Below are positions 1 through 8,397 of a stretch of 14,767 bases of DNA, piece after piece. Source of the DNA: an uncultured Erysipelotrichaceae bacterium (GTDB lineage Bacteria; Bacillota_I; Bacilli_A; Erysipelotrichales; Erysipelotrichaceae); contig CAYWGS010000031.1 of NCBI GenBank assembly GCA_964457525.1, positions 1 through 14,767 on the forward strand. The letters are read 5' to 3'. The notes beneath the pieces are model-generated. The model had not been told where the DNA came from. It saw only the letters and a list, made by a program, of their open reading frames with translations, and ran no database searches. Position 1 is the stretch's first letter. Each line of letters begins with the position of its first letter. Position numbers and translations under genes: made by a program.

Positions 1-957
1 TTGTTTATTCATCTGTTCGACATTCGCTTTTTGGGAAGAGTTGAATGAATCACAGTAGAATAAATGAGTTCTCAACTGCTGGGTATAAAGGGATGCCTCA
101 ATTTGATTAAATTGGGAAAAACAGAAGTCACGATCCGTTAAGATAAATGGGAAAAGTTGGATAAATACCTTTGTGCCCAAAATTGTTTCTAACTGATCGA
201 AGAGGTCGATTACTTTATGCCCAGTGGGAGACTCAACTAAAAAAAGCAGGACATAATGAAGGCTCGGTATGGTCAACGTTAGGATGCTTTTTTTATCGGT
301 TCGAATCGAACCTAAGAAATCCATTTGGACATGGAATAAACCAGGACGATCGTGTTGAAAGGCTAAGAAGTCAAGATACGTTCTTTGCGATCGATCGATA
401 CGACTATTTTCTTTATATTCGTACTGTTTTAACGATTTTCGTTTCTTATATTGGACGGCATAGGGTAAATCGATGCGTTTGGTGGAGAGTTGATGGGTAT
501 TAATCAAACGATAAACGGTTGGGACAGACGCCTTAAGTTCTGGGTTGTGTTTAACGATATGATAAATTGATTGTCCATCACTAACGCCTTCTTTAATGGT
601 TTTATCTAATGTTAGATAATCATCTTTGGTCATATTCAAGCCTTGTCTTGAAGCGACTAAACGAACATCAGATGACATCTGTGCGATATGCGAGTCATAT
701 TTATATTGATTAAACGGACACATCGTATATTTTTTCATACAACTATTACAGACATAAGGAAAACGAAGGGTTTGTTTACAAAATTTATCGCTAACTGTTC
801 CTTTCTTAGATAAAACACGATTTCGTTTAATTTCTTTCGATATCGATGAAGGATCCATCTCAAGAAAATCTGCGATTTCAATCAACTTCAATTTCTTAGA
901 TAACATACTCGCAATTAATTTCCGTTGATTCTCATTTAAATGTTTCCAATGCGTCAT
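1..957 (-). CDS. IS30-family DDE transposase, N-terminal 319 codons; the ORF stays open to the window edge, so the 3' end is missing
   Basis: Hand translation of the - strand from ATG (complement of 955..957) shows no stop codon down to position 1. A GGAG RBS lies upstream (complement of ~964..971). The product starts MTHWKHLNENQRKLIASMLSKKLKLIEIADFLEMDPSSISKEIKRNR, the IS30-type HTH with the ISxEIxRN signature. A Cys cluster follows (FCKQ..PYVCNSCMKKYTMC). Catalytic-core strings HVQMDFLGS / ILTDRDF / CDSFNSSQKANVEQMNKQ align with IS30 HWEGDLV / TWDRGME / CDPQSPWQRGTNENTNGL. The ORF track omits it, presumably because the ORF is truncated by the window. Confidence 0.8.
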   Translation of the reverse strand, partial: MTHWKHLNENQRKLIASMLSKKLKLIEIADFLEMDPSSISKEIKRNRVLSKKGTVSDKFCKQTLRFPYVCNSCMKKYTMCPFNQYKYDSHIAQMSSDVRLVASRQGLNMTKDDYLTLDKTIKEGVSDGQSIYHIVKHNPELKASVPTVYRLINTHQLSTKRIDLPYAVQYKKRKSLKQYEYKENSRIDRSQRTYLDFLAFQHDRPGLFHVQMDFLGSIRTDKKSILTLTIPSLHYVLLFLVESPTGHKVIDLFDQLETILGTKVFIQLFPFILTDRDFCFSQFNQIEASLYTQQLRTHLFYCDSFNSSQKANVEQMNKQ

Positions 958-1021
958 AAAATTATTCTCCTTTCTTCTACAGGAAACACTATAATCGTAT
1001 CACTTTAAATTTCTCACACTA

Positions 1022-1049
1022 AATTCTGTTAATTTTTTAAAACAGAATT
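1022..1049. repeat. Perfect 9-bp inverted repeat AATTCTGTT-N10-AACAGAATT between the transposase start and the rpsF promoter
   Basis: Read directly: 1022..1030 aattctgtt, 1041..1049 aacagaatt (exact reverse complement), with a 10-nt A/T loop. There is no U-tract on either strand, so it is not a classical terminator. It could be an IS-end or transposase-binding element, an operator, or a remnant. Confidence 0.5.
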
Positions 1050-1083
1050 AACTTTAATAATTCGGTTGTTAGTTAAGTGTTAG

Positions 1084-1112
1084 TTTACATTTTAATTATA
1101 GAATGGTATAAT
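1084..1112 (+). promoter_or_regulatory. SigA-type promoter for rpsF: -35 TTTACA, 17-nt spacer, extended -10 TGgTATAAT
   Basis: TTTACA at 1084..1089, TG at 1104..1105, TATAAT at 1107..1112. The upstream flank is AT-rich. The site lies ~70 nt upstream of the rpsF ATG. Confidence 0.75.
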
Positions 1113-1141
1113 CTTAAGCACGAGTAGATAAAATTTATTTA

Positions 1142-1176
1142 CTCCTTGCCTGAAAAGGCCAATTGACCACAAGGAG
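1142..1176 (+). promoter_or_regulatory. rpsF 5' leader hairpin that pairs with the Shine-Dalgarno; candidate S6:S18 autoregulatory leader
   Basis: CTCCTTG (1142..1148) is the exact reverse complement of CAAGGAG (1170..1176), which is part of the AAGGAGGTG RBS. An inner helix CCT/AGG closes a GAAA loop (1149..1158). This leaves an 11-nt asymmetric bulge, CCAATTGACCA, on the 3' side. Confidence 0.5.
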
Positions 1177-1184
1177 GTGAACAC

Positions 1185-1475
1185 ATGAGAAATTATGAAA
1201 TCATGTACATCGTCAAGGCTTCATTAGAAGAAGCTGCACGTCAAGAGCTTGTTACAAGCTTACACGCTATCATCACAAATGATGGTGGAGTTGTTAAGCA
1301 TGTGGATGAGTGGGGACTTCGCGAATTTGCGTACCCAATCGATGATATGACGAAGGGTTATTACAGTGTTATTAAGGTTGAAGCTGAACCGGCAGCGGTT
1401 AAAGAATTCGATCGTCTAGCACGCATTAACACAAATGTTGTACGTTTCTTAGTATTAAACTTAGACGAAAAGTAA
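1185..1475 (+). CDS. rpsF: 30S ribosomal protein S6
   Basis: The 96-aa product starts MRNYEIMYIV..., typical of S6. A strong RBS AAGGAGGTG sits 5 nt upstream. The conserved rpsF-ssb-rpsR synteny is present. Confidence 0.95.
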   Translation: MRNYEIMYIVKASLEEAARQELVTSLHAIITNDGGVVKHVDEWGLREFAYPIDDMTKGYYSVIKVEAEPAAVKEFDRLARINTNVVRFLVLNLDEK

Positions 1476-1487
1476 AAAGGGGAAATT

Positions 1488-1937
1488 ATGATTAACCGTG
1501 TTGTATTGGTAGGCAATCTTACAAGAGATCCTCAATACTTTAAGACCCAATCTGGAATATCCTATGCACGCTTTACGGTTGCCGTAAATCGTAAGTATGG
1601 ACAAAACGAAGAAACTTCATTTATTAGCTGTATTGCTTGGCGTCAGTCCGCTGACTTCCTAAATCAATACGCTAAAAAAGGAAATACAGTGGGTGTTGAA
1701 GGTCATATTACAACGGGAAGTTATGATGATAAAACTACAGGCAAGAAAGTCTATACGACGGATGTGACTGCAGACAATGTCCAACTTATCGGATCTCGCA
1801 ATTCTAGCGAAACACAACAAACTTCATATCAACAAGCACCGAAATCCACAGGTTACTTTGCGGATAACGATGTTTCAGATGATGATTTCAACACAGGCCC
1901 ATTACTAGATATTTCTAGCGATGACCTTCCATTTTAG
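1488..1937 (+). CDS. ssb: Single-stranded DNA-binding protein
   Basis: The N-terminus MINRVVLVGNLTRDP is an OB fold. A Q/S-rich linker and the acidic C-terminal tail ...SSDDLPF follow. The gene sits between rpsF and rpsR. Confidence 0.95.
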   Translation: MINRVVLVGNLTRDPQYFKTQSGISYARFTVAVNRKYGQNEETSFISCIAWRQSADFLNQYAKKGNTVGVEGHITTGSYDDKTTGKKVYTTDVTADNVQLIGSRNSSETQQTSYQQAPKSTGYFADNDVSDDDFNTGPLLDISSDDLPF

Positions 1938-1952
1938 CGAAAGGAGCGTCTC

Positions 1953-2183
1953 ATGGCATTCAAAAAACAAAGAGTAGCACGCAAGAAAGTTTGTTACTTT
2001 ACAAAAAACAATATCACTGTCATTGACTATAAAGATTTAGAATTATTAAAACGTTTTATTTCTTCCAATGGCAAGATTATTCCTAGACGTGTTACTGGCA
2101 CATCTGCTAAGTACCAACGTTTACTTGCTACAGCAGTAAAACGTGCACGTCAAATGGCTTTACTACCTTACGTAGCCGACTAA
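1953..2183 (+). CDS. rpsR: 30S ribosomal protein S18
   Basis: The 76-aa basic protein contains ...KVCYFT...[38 protein letters not shown]. An RBS GAAAGGAG lies upstream. Confidence 0.95.
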   Translation: MAFKKQRVARKKVCYFTKNNITVIDYKDLELLKRFISSNGKIIPRRVTGTSAKYQRLLATAVKRARQMALLPYVAD

Positions 2184-2190
2184 AAATTAT

Positions 2191-2222
2191 AACCTCCACA
2201 CTGTCGGTGGAGGTTTATCTTT
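2191..2222 (+). terminator. Hairpin after rpsR; probable partial terminator or attenuator within the cluster
   Basis: A perfect 9-bp stem AACCTCCAC (2191..2199) / GTGGAGGTT (2207..2215) encloses a 7-nt loop and is followed by the interrupted T-rich tract TTATCTTTAT. The 3' arm contains GGAGG (2209..2213), 13 nt before the yybS ATG. Confidence 0.5.
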
Positions 2223-2226
2223 ATAT

Positions 2227-3135
2227 ATGAAAAAACAAGTACGAACGATCACTGAAGGGTCCATGATGTTAGCCATCATAGGATTATTCCTATTTTTAAA
2301 TTTGCAGTTTGCAGGTATTCTACAAACCTATTTTATTATTATCATTCCACTCCCTATTCTTATCTATACCATTCGATATGGATTTAAGAATGGATTAATC
2401 ATAAGCTTTGCGGCTGTGTTTCTTACCATAATGTTGGGTAATGTTATTACCTTATTCTATATTGGTGGTGGATTACTCGTTGGATTAGCCTATGGTTATG
2501 GAGTTAATAGTGGAAAGAGTAATGATTGGTTACTTTTATTCGCAACATTTATCAACGCTGTAAGTCTATTTATTGAAACGTATGTCTTAGCTGCTTTTAT
2601 TGGTTATGACCTAGTTAAAGATACTGAAGCACTCGTTGAATCGCTAAAGATGATTGATGGACTAGTCTTACCGGATAATTTCATTAAACAAGTATTGATA
2701 CTAACTCCAATTATCTTGTTACTTACAGGATTTATTCAAGCGTTATTAACTCATTTATTATCAGTTACACTCTTAAAACGACTTAATATTACCGTTCGAA
2801 AGATGAAACCATTAAAACAGATTCAACTTCCTAAATGGATGGGGATTATTACTTTAATCGGTTTATTTGGCAGTACATTACTCTATCAAACAGGGGATGA
2901 GAATCTACAAATGATCTCAACCGTTATCTTGTTTATCTCAATGTTAATCATTATTGGAGATGCGTTTGTTCTTATCGCAATCTATGGACAAAGAACGAAT
3001 CGTAAATTCTTGCCTACCTTGGCGATGATTGCACTTATTCTCTTGCCAACTTTTCTAATCTATGGTTTTATAGGTTTAGGACTTCTTGATTGTTTTACGG
3101 ATCTTCGTAAAAGAGTCGAACAAATCACAAAATAA
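2227..3135 (+). CDS. yybS: Polytopic membrane protein of the YybS/DUF2232 type
   Basis: The 302-aa product is very hydrophobic, with multiple predicted TM helices. Its N-terminus MKKQVRTITEGSMMLAI resembles YybS. It sits immediately upstream of gdpP, as in Bacillus. Confidence 0.75.
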   Translation: MKKQVRTITEGSMMLAIIGLFLFLNLQFAGILQTYFIIIIPLPILIYTIRYGFKNGLIISFAAVFLTIMLGNVITLFYIGGGLLVGLAYGYGVNSGKSNDWLLLFATFINAVSLFIETYVLAAFIGYDLVKDTEALVESLKMIDGLVLPDNFIKQVLILTPIILLLTGFIQALLTHLLSVTLLKRLNITVRKMKPLKQIQLPKWMGIITLIGLFGSTLLYQTGDENLQMISTVILFISMLIIIGDAFVLIAIYGQRTNRKFLPTLAMIALILLPTFLIYGFIGLGLLDCFTDLRKRVEQITK

Positions 3136-3138
3136 ATT

Positions 3139-5100
3139 ATGCTTAATCAATACAAAAAGGTAAAACGATTTGTATGGTTGGTTTTAGCCATCGAATCTAT
3201 CGCATTAATTGTCAGTCATACGATTTTTAGACTGCCTTTTTCTGTGCTTGATGGATTCTTTGTCGTCGTGAATATTGTCTTATTAATCGTATTTATGGAG
3301 TATTCTGAGGAATACCATAATGAAAGAATCTTAACTATTTCAAAGATACTTGGTAAAGATTCACAAGAAGCATTTATCTTTGGTGAATTAGGTTTATTAA
3401 CCATCGATCATAATTATGAAATTACCTGGATTAGTGAATTATTACATAAGCGTATGTATGATGTCATTGGACAGAAAATTATGAACTGGTTACCAGAAAC
3501 AAAGTTATTATTTAATAATGAAGTGGATGTTGTTCAAGTTACGATTAATGATCATATTTATCAAGTTCGTCGTAAAGAAAATGGGCAAACACTCTTCTTT
3601 AAAGATGTTACGGATTTAACGATTACCAAAATGGCAAGTGATGATAAACAAATCGTTTTAGGGTTAATCCATTTTGATAATTATGATGAAACAACACAGT
3701 ACGAAGAAGAACAACGTATTTCTTTAATTGATAGTAAAATTCGTCAGGCGGTATATATCTGGGCGAATGAGCGTGGTATTTTTATCAAACGATTAAGAAA
3801 TAATCGGATGTTACTGGTCTTAAATGAACTCTTGTTTAAACAGATGATGGAAGAACAATTCTCCATTCTTAAAACAGTTCGTGAAGCATCGAGTGAGTTG
3901 GATGTTGCGATTACTTTATCCATGGCATTTGCACGTGGTTCCCTTGAATTCCCTGAGTTGGAAGAAATGGTGAATGGGGCTTTAGCCTTAGCACAAAGTC
4001 GTGGTGGAGATCAAGTTGCGATTAAATCCTATGGTGAAGATGTAATTTATATGGGTGGAAGTAGTGAAGCAATTGAGAAACGAAGTAAAGTTCGTGCTCG
4101 TGTCATTGCTCAAACCTTGAAAGAATTAATTGTGAATGCTCAGAATGTCATTATTCTAGGGCATCGTGATATGGATTTTGATTGTTTTGGATCGGCACTT
4201 GTCGTTAGTAAGATTGTTCGGTCATATCATATTCCTGTTTCGATTATTATGCATGGAGCTTTAGAGAATAAATTATCATTAGCGTATGCGAAAGAAAAGG
4301 ATAGTTTTGAGAAAGATCATCATTTTATTAAGGAACATGAAACCTATGCATTAATGAATGATAAGACACTACTTATTATGGTCGATCATCATTTAGCATC
4401 TCAATCATCCTTACCACAAATCATTGATAAAGCAAAGAAAGTGGTTGTTATTGATCATCATCGAAGAAACCAAGACTTTAGTTTCAATCCACTCCTCGTT
4501 TATATGGAAACTGCCGCATCGAGTACAACTGAGATGGTAACTGAATTAATTCCATATCAACAAAACACAGTTGAATTAACGGAGAATGAGGCAAACTTTG
4601 CTTTAACTGGTATTTTAATCGATACCAATCGTTTCCGATCTAAAACGGGAAGTCGTACTTTTGAAGTATCAGCATTACTAAAGCAATTTGGAGCTGATCC
4701 TATTATTTGCGATAATTACTTAAAGGATAATTATCAAGAATTCATCCTTAAAACTAAATTGATGCAAAGTATACGTCGATATAGTAAGGGGATCGTAGTC
4801 GCATCGATGCAAGATGATACGATCTTAGACCGAGCTTTAATTTCCCAGGTTGCGAATAACTTGTTAGTTATTAAAGACATCGAAGCTTCTTTCGTTGTAT
4901 CGAAAATTAGTGAAAAAACAGTGGGTATTTCTGCTCGTTCGAATGGGAATATTAATGTTCATGTTATAATGGAAAAAATGAGTGGAGGCGGACATTTTAC
5001 CGCAGCTGCATTACAAAGAGATAACACCAGTGTTGAACAGGTTTTACTAGAATTAGAACTTGTTATTGAACAGTGGTTAGCACAAGAGGAAGAACTATGA
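3139..5100 (+). CDS. gdpP: Cyclic-di-AMP phosphodiesterase GdpP (2 TM + PAS-like + degenerate GGDEF + DHH/DHHA1)
   Basis: The product is 653 aa. An N-terminal hydrophobic pair is followed by [40 protein letters not shown] (DHH motif), [30 protein letters not shown] and GGGH (DHHA1). The yybS-gdpP-rplI-dnaB synteny is present. Confidence 0.93.
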   Translation: MLNQYKKVKRFVWLVLAIESIALIVSHTIFRLPFSVLDGFFVVVNIVLLIVFMEYSEEYHNERILTISKILGKDSQEAFIFGELGLLTIDHNYEITWISELLHKRMYDVIGQKIMNWLPETKLLFNNEVDVVQVTINDHIYQVRRKENGQTLFFKDVTDLTITKMASDDKQIVLGLIHFDNYDETTQYEEEQRISLIDSKIRQAVYIWANERGIFIKRLRNNRMLLVLNELLFKQMMEEQFSILKTVREASSELDVAITLSMAFARGSLEFPELEEMVNGALALAQSRGGDQVAIKSYGEDVIYMGGSSEAIEKRSKVRARVIAQTLKELIVNAQNVIILGHRDMDFDCFGSALVVSKIVRSYHIPVSIIMHGALENKLSLAYAKEKDSFEKDHHFIKEHETYALMNDKTLLIMVDHHLASQSSLPQIIDKAKKVVVIDHHRRNQDFSFNPLLVYMETAASSTTEMVTELIPYQQNTVELTENEANFALTGILIDTNRFRSKTGSRTFEVSALLKQFGADPIICDNYLKDNYQEFILKTKLMQSIRRYSKGIVVASMQDDTILDRALISQVANNLLVIKDIEASFVVSKISEKTVGISARSNGNINVHVIMEKMSGGGHFTAAALQRDNTSVEQVLLELELVIEQWLAQEEEL

Positions 5101-5543
5101 AGATTATTTTATTAGAAGATGTAAAGAATGTTGGTAAGAAGGGTGAGATTGTAGAAGTTGCGGATGGCTATGGACGTAATTTCTTAGTACGTAATAAATT
5201 AGCGGTTGAAGCAACTGCTCAAAGTAAACTCATTCTTGAAAAGCAGAAACAACAAAAGATTGAACAAGAAAAAGAAGATATTAAAAACGCAGAAGCGTTA
5301 AAGTTAAAACTAGCAGAAATTACACTCGTGTTTCCAGTAAAAACAGGGGATAACGGTAAAGTGTTTGGTTCTGTGAGTTCGAAACAAATTGCGGAAGAAC
5401 TTATTAAGAAACATAAGATTACGATTGATAAGCGCAAAATATTAGATGAAGGACCATTTAATACACTTGGTTTCTATAACATCAAAATAGAATTACATAA
5501 ACAAGTTATTGCGACCATTAAAATTCAATTAAAAGAACAATAA
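5097..5543 (+). CDS. rplI: 50S ribosomal protein L9
   Basis: [30 protein letters not shown] is the canonical L9 N-terminus. I chose the ATG at 5097, which forms an ATGA overlap with the gdpP stop and follows a purine-rich GAGGAAGAA. The track's 5073 start adds an atypical 8-aa extension. Confidence 0.92.
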   Translation: MKIILLEDVKNVGKKGEIVEVADGYGRNFLVRNKLAVEATAQSKLILEKQKQQKIEQEKEDIKNAEALKLKLAEITLVFPVKTGDNGKVFGSVSSKQIAEELIKKHKITIDKRKILDEGPFNTLGFYNIKIELHKQVIATIKIQLKEQ

Positions 5544-5547
5544 ACCT

Positions 5548-6900
5548 ATGAATCAAACATTACCCAATAGTACAGAAGCTGAACAAGCCTTAATCTCAAG
5601 TATGTTGTCGTATTCGAATAGTGTACAGACAGCCGTAGAACTCGGACTACATGCCGAAGATTTTTACGTGGAAGCACACAAACGTATCTATGGTGTAATG
5701 ATGAGTATGTATGAAGAAGGTAAACCCATTGATCCTCCTTCATTATTAGCGAAACTCAATGATTTAAAGATGTTAAATGCAGTCGGTGGAATTAACTTCA
5801 TTTTAGAGTTAGCAGATACATCTGTTTCATCTGCAAATACAAAGTATTATGTAGAATTAATTCAAGATAAAGCTTATTTAAGAAACCTCATCATCACAGC
5901 ACAACAAATAGCTCAAGATGGATATGATACATCTGTCAGTTTAGACGATGTGATGGATAAAGCTGAAAAGCAATTACTAAATGTTACACGTACACGTCGA
6001 ACATCTGAGTTTAAAGTCGCTCGTGATGTGGTTAAAGATGTACTTGAGAACATTCAAAAGATGAGTACACAACACAGTAGTGTTACTGGAACCAGTAGCG
6101 GTTTTAGAGCACTCGATCGTATGACCAATGGTTTTCAACGTGGAGATTTAATCATATTAGCAGCACGTCCTTCGATGGGTAAAACAGCATTTGCACTTAA
6201 TATTGGATTAAATGCAGCACAGATTACCAAACAAGCTGTTGCGATTTTCTCGCTCGAAATGCCAGCGGAACAACTTATTACGCGTATGTTATCGGTTAAA
6301 TCAAGAATCTCAGGTTCTGTTTTAAGAACCGGTCAATTGAATTCAAACAATGAATGGAATGCTTTAAATGAAGCTGCAGCTGATTTAAGACAAACCAAAA
6401 TATACATCGATGATACACCAACCATTCGTGTTGCGGAAATCTTTTCTAAATGTCGTAAGCTCCAAACGGAACATCCTCTTGGATTAATCGTTATTGACTA
6501 TATTCAGCTTATTTCAAGTAGTTCGAAGAGTAATGGTGAAAATCGCCAACAAGAAGTGTCTGAAATCTCTCGTGGATTAAAGGCATTAGCACGTGAACTA
6601 AATGTACCTGTTATTGGTTTGTCACAGTTATCACGTAGTGTTGAACAACGTGCCGATAAACGCCCTCAACTATCCGATTTACGTGAATCTGGAGCGCTTG
6701 AGCAAGATGCCGACTTGGTTATTTTCTTGTATCGTAATGCATATTATGAAAAGGATGAAGAAAGACCTGCAACTGAAAAAACTGAAGTATTGATTTCTAA
6801 ACATCGTAATGGACCGATTGGCCAAGTTGATTTAGCGTTTGAATCTAATATCAATGCTTTCTATAACTATTCTGAAAATACAAATCAAGGAGGATCGTAA
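5548..6900 (+). CDS. dnaB: Replicative DNA helicase (DnaB family; DnaC in B. subtilis nomenclature)
   Basis: The product is 450 aa. The N-terminus P.STEAEQALISSML is followed by Walker A ARPSMGKTAFALN, then IVIDYIQL, and SQLSR..E.R....P.LSDLRESG..EQDAD. The size shows no intein. Confidence 0.95.
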   Translation: MNQTLPNSTEAEQALISSMLSYSNSVQTAVELGLHAEDFYVEAHKRIYGVMMSMYEEGKPIDPPSLLAKLNDLKMLNAVGGINFILELADTSVSSANTKYYVELIQDKAYLRNLIITAQQIAQDGYDTSVSLDDVMDKAEKQLLNVTRTRRTSEFKVARDVVKDVLENIQKMSTQHSSVTGTSSGFRALDRMTNGFQRGDLIILAARPSMGKTAFALNIGLNAAQITKQAVAIFSLEMPAEQLITRMLSVKSRISGSVLRTGQLNSNNEWNALNEAAADLRQTKIYIDDTPTIRVAEIFSKCRKLQTEHPLGLIVIDYIQLISSSSKSNGENRQQEVSEISRGLKALARELNVPVIGLSQLSRSVEQRADKRPQLSDLRESGALEQDADLVIFLYRNAYYEKDEERPATEKTEVLISKHRNGPIGQVDLAFESNINAFYNYSENTNQGGS

Positions 6901-8396
6901 TGCGTAAAATATTACCAATACTTTTCTCACTCATTATCGCAATTGGTATCGTTTCAATGAACGAAACGATTGAATATAATACATATGCTAACTTAAATCT
7001 TGAGGTGGTTCAGGAAGATTCAGTCATACCTCAGGCTATTTTATCGATTAATCAAACCTATACAAAAGTTCAAAAAGTATATCAGAAGGAACAATTAATT
7101 GGGGTATTAAGTGATGATGCGGATACAGACGCTTTTCTAGAGAGGGTCTATTTAGAGCGCTATCAGACTGATTTTCCAAATACGAAATTAGGATTTGGGC
7201 AAGATATCTTTATTTCTGAAGTAGAGACAAACTTCATTTATGAGAATCAAGATGATGCCATTTTCAATTATCTTGCGACACAAGATTTGTTTTCTGTAGA
7301 AGCGGATAAAGTACAGTTCTCTAATGGTGCATTTATCTATGTTAAGAGTATAGAATTGTTTGAACAGGCAAAAGATTTATATCTAGAAAACTTCATTTCA
7401 AAAGCAGCGATTGATTTAATTCGTGTTAATAAACTACCTGCACCTTTGGTAACCTATGGTACACGTGAAATTGGATTTAGTATTGTGGAGAAAGCGAATT
7501 ATCAAAGAGGTCTCGCACCAGCATCTGAAATTCTTAAATCGATTTCAGAGATAGTGTACTTCTTGAGTTATGGCTATAACACAGAAATCGAATTATATAC
7601 CGTTGTGGAATACGATACAGTAGAAGGGATTGCCTACAAATCAGGTTTAGCCCCTCAACAAGTTGTGACAATTAACTCAGAAACGATTAAATCAGTTAAT
7701 CAAATTCTTGAAGTTGGATCTCAACTGAATGTGACATATTTTAACTCTCCAATTAATGTTGTGGTAAATAAAGAACGTCTCGCAAAAGAAACAGTTTATC
7801 CACAATCTACGCTTTATATTAAAGACAACACCATGCAAGAAGGTTTTAGTGTTGTACAAACTAAAGAAGAATTAGGGTATAAGGATGTTCTTTATAAAGA
7901 AACATTTGTAAATGGTGTTATTACCGAAAGTACGATGGTATCATCCACTGTTATTAAACAACCAGTGCGAGAAGTTGTACGTATTGGTACGAAGGTTGTG
8001 CCTGGTATCGGCTCCGGAACATTCCGTTGGCCACTTGGTGCAGACTCCAAAGTATCGTGTCGTTGGTATTGTTATGCGGGACATCAAGGGGTTGACCTTG
8101 TGTATAACTTTAATAAGAATGGTCCTATTTATGCGGCTGACCGTGGTGTTGTATCCCGTGTTGGTTATGATTGGCGTAATGGATATCATGTCTATATTGA
8201 TCACAATAATGGCATGAAGACACTCTATGCACACATGGTTCGTTACCCTCCAGTTAAACTAGGAGAACGTATCGAAAAAGGTGATTTTATCGGTAATGTT
8301 GGTAGTACTGGACGCTCAACAGGCGCTCACTTACACTTCGGTATTTATGTTGAAGGTAGTGCGAAGAATCCATGTAACTACTTAGATGGATGTTAA
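6900..8396 (+). CDS. Membrane-anchored peptidoglycan hydrolase: N-terminal TM/signal anchor, unassigned ~210-aa domain, LysM-like segment, G5 domain, C-terminal M23 metallopeptidase
   Basis: The product is 498 aa and starts MRKILPILFSLIIAIGIVS, a hydrophobic anchor. The LysM-like segment is YTVVEYDTVEGIAYKSGL...N...LEVGSQLNV (~nt 7593..7736). The G5-like segment ends ...EGFSVVQTKEELGYKDVLYKETFVNGV......VREVVRIGTK (~7761..7994). The M23 motifs are HQGVD (HxxxD) and GAHLHFG (HxH). The ATG overlaps the dnaB TAA (TAATG), with an AAGGAGGA RBS. Confidence 0.85.
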   Translation: MRKILPILFSLIIAIGIVSMNETIEYNTYANLNLEVVQEDSVIPQAILSINQTYTKVQKVYQKEQLIGVLSDDADTDAFLERVYLERYQTDFPNTKLGFGQDIFISEVETNFIYENQDDAIFNYLATQDLFSVEADKVQFSNGAFIYVKSIELFEQAKDLYLENFISKAAIDLIRVNKLPAPLVTYGTREIGFSIVEKANYQRGLAPASEILKSISEIVYFLSYGYNTEIELYTVVEYDTVEGIAYKSGLAPQQVVTINSETIKSVNQILEVGSQLNVTYFNSPINVVVNKERLAKETVYPQSTLYIKDNTMQEGFSVVQTKEELGYKDVLYKETFVNGVITESTMVSSTVIKQPVREVVRIGTKVVPGIGSGTFRWPLGADSKVSCRWYCYAGHQGVDLVYNFNKNGPIYAADRGVVSRVGYDWRNGYHVYIDHNNGMKTLYAHMVRYPPVKLGERIEKGDFIGNVGSTGRSTGAHLHFGIYVEGSAKNPCNYLDGC

Positions 8397-8397
8397 T

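Noticed and set aside
388-397. 10-bp palindrome CGATCGATCG (two GATC sites)
   Set aside because: It lies within the transposase coding frame (encoding ..IDRS..). It has no flanking structure and is most simply a coding coincidence.
171-503. 110-aa + strand ORF from the track
   Set aside because: It lies entirely antisense to the IS30-family transposase frame, which is open over 1..957 and has clear family motifs. The + strand ORF has no RBS and no recognisable motifs, and its composition is Arg/Cys/Trp-rich and atypical. It is a shadow ORF.
5073-5096. Upstream starts suggested by the track for rplI (5073), yycJ (8386) and htrA (9107)
   Set aside because: The downstream ATGs at 5097, 8398 and 9146 give canonical family N-termini (MKIILLEDV; MKFSVLASGS; MKKLLTTGL signal anchor). 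They also have better RBS or coupling context. The extensions add non-conserved residues.
7457-7472. parS-like sequence TGGTACACGTGAAATT
   Set aside because: It has three mismatches to the 16-bp Spo0J/ParB consensus TGTTNCACGTGAAACA, including in the conserved arms, and it is intragenic. It is too degenerate to call without a genome-wide scan.
7796-7804. Perfect DnaA-box 9-mer TTATCCACA
   Set aside because: It is a single isolated copy inside the M23 CDS, with no cluster of boxes and no adjacent AT-rich unwinding element. One chance occurrence in ~15 kb of AT-rich DNA on two strands is not surprising.
7912-8234. Overlapping 101-aa (+) and 97-aa (-) ORFs within the M23 domain region
   Set aside because: Both are alternative frames of the strongly supported M23 coding sequence (HxxxD and HxH motifs in frame) and have no independent signals. 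The other small track ORFs (3216..3404 -, 5219..5437 -, 5546..5743 -, 6602..6793 +, 10769..10966 -, 12979..13188 -, 14316..14582 -) are rejected for the same reason.
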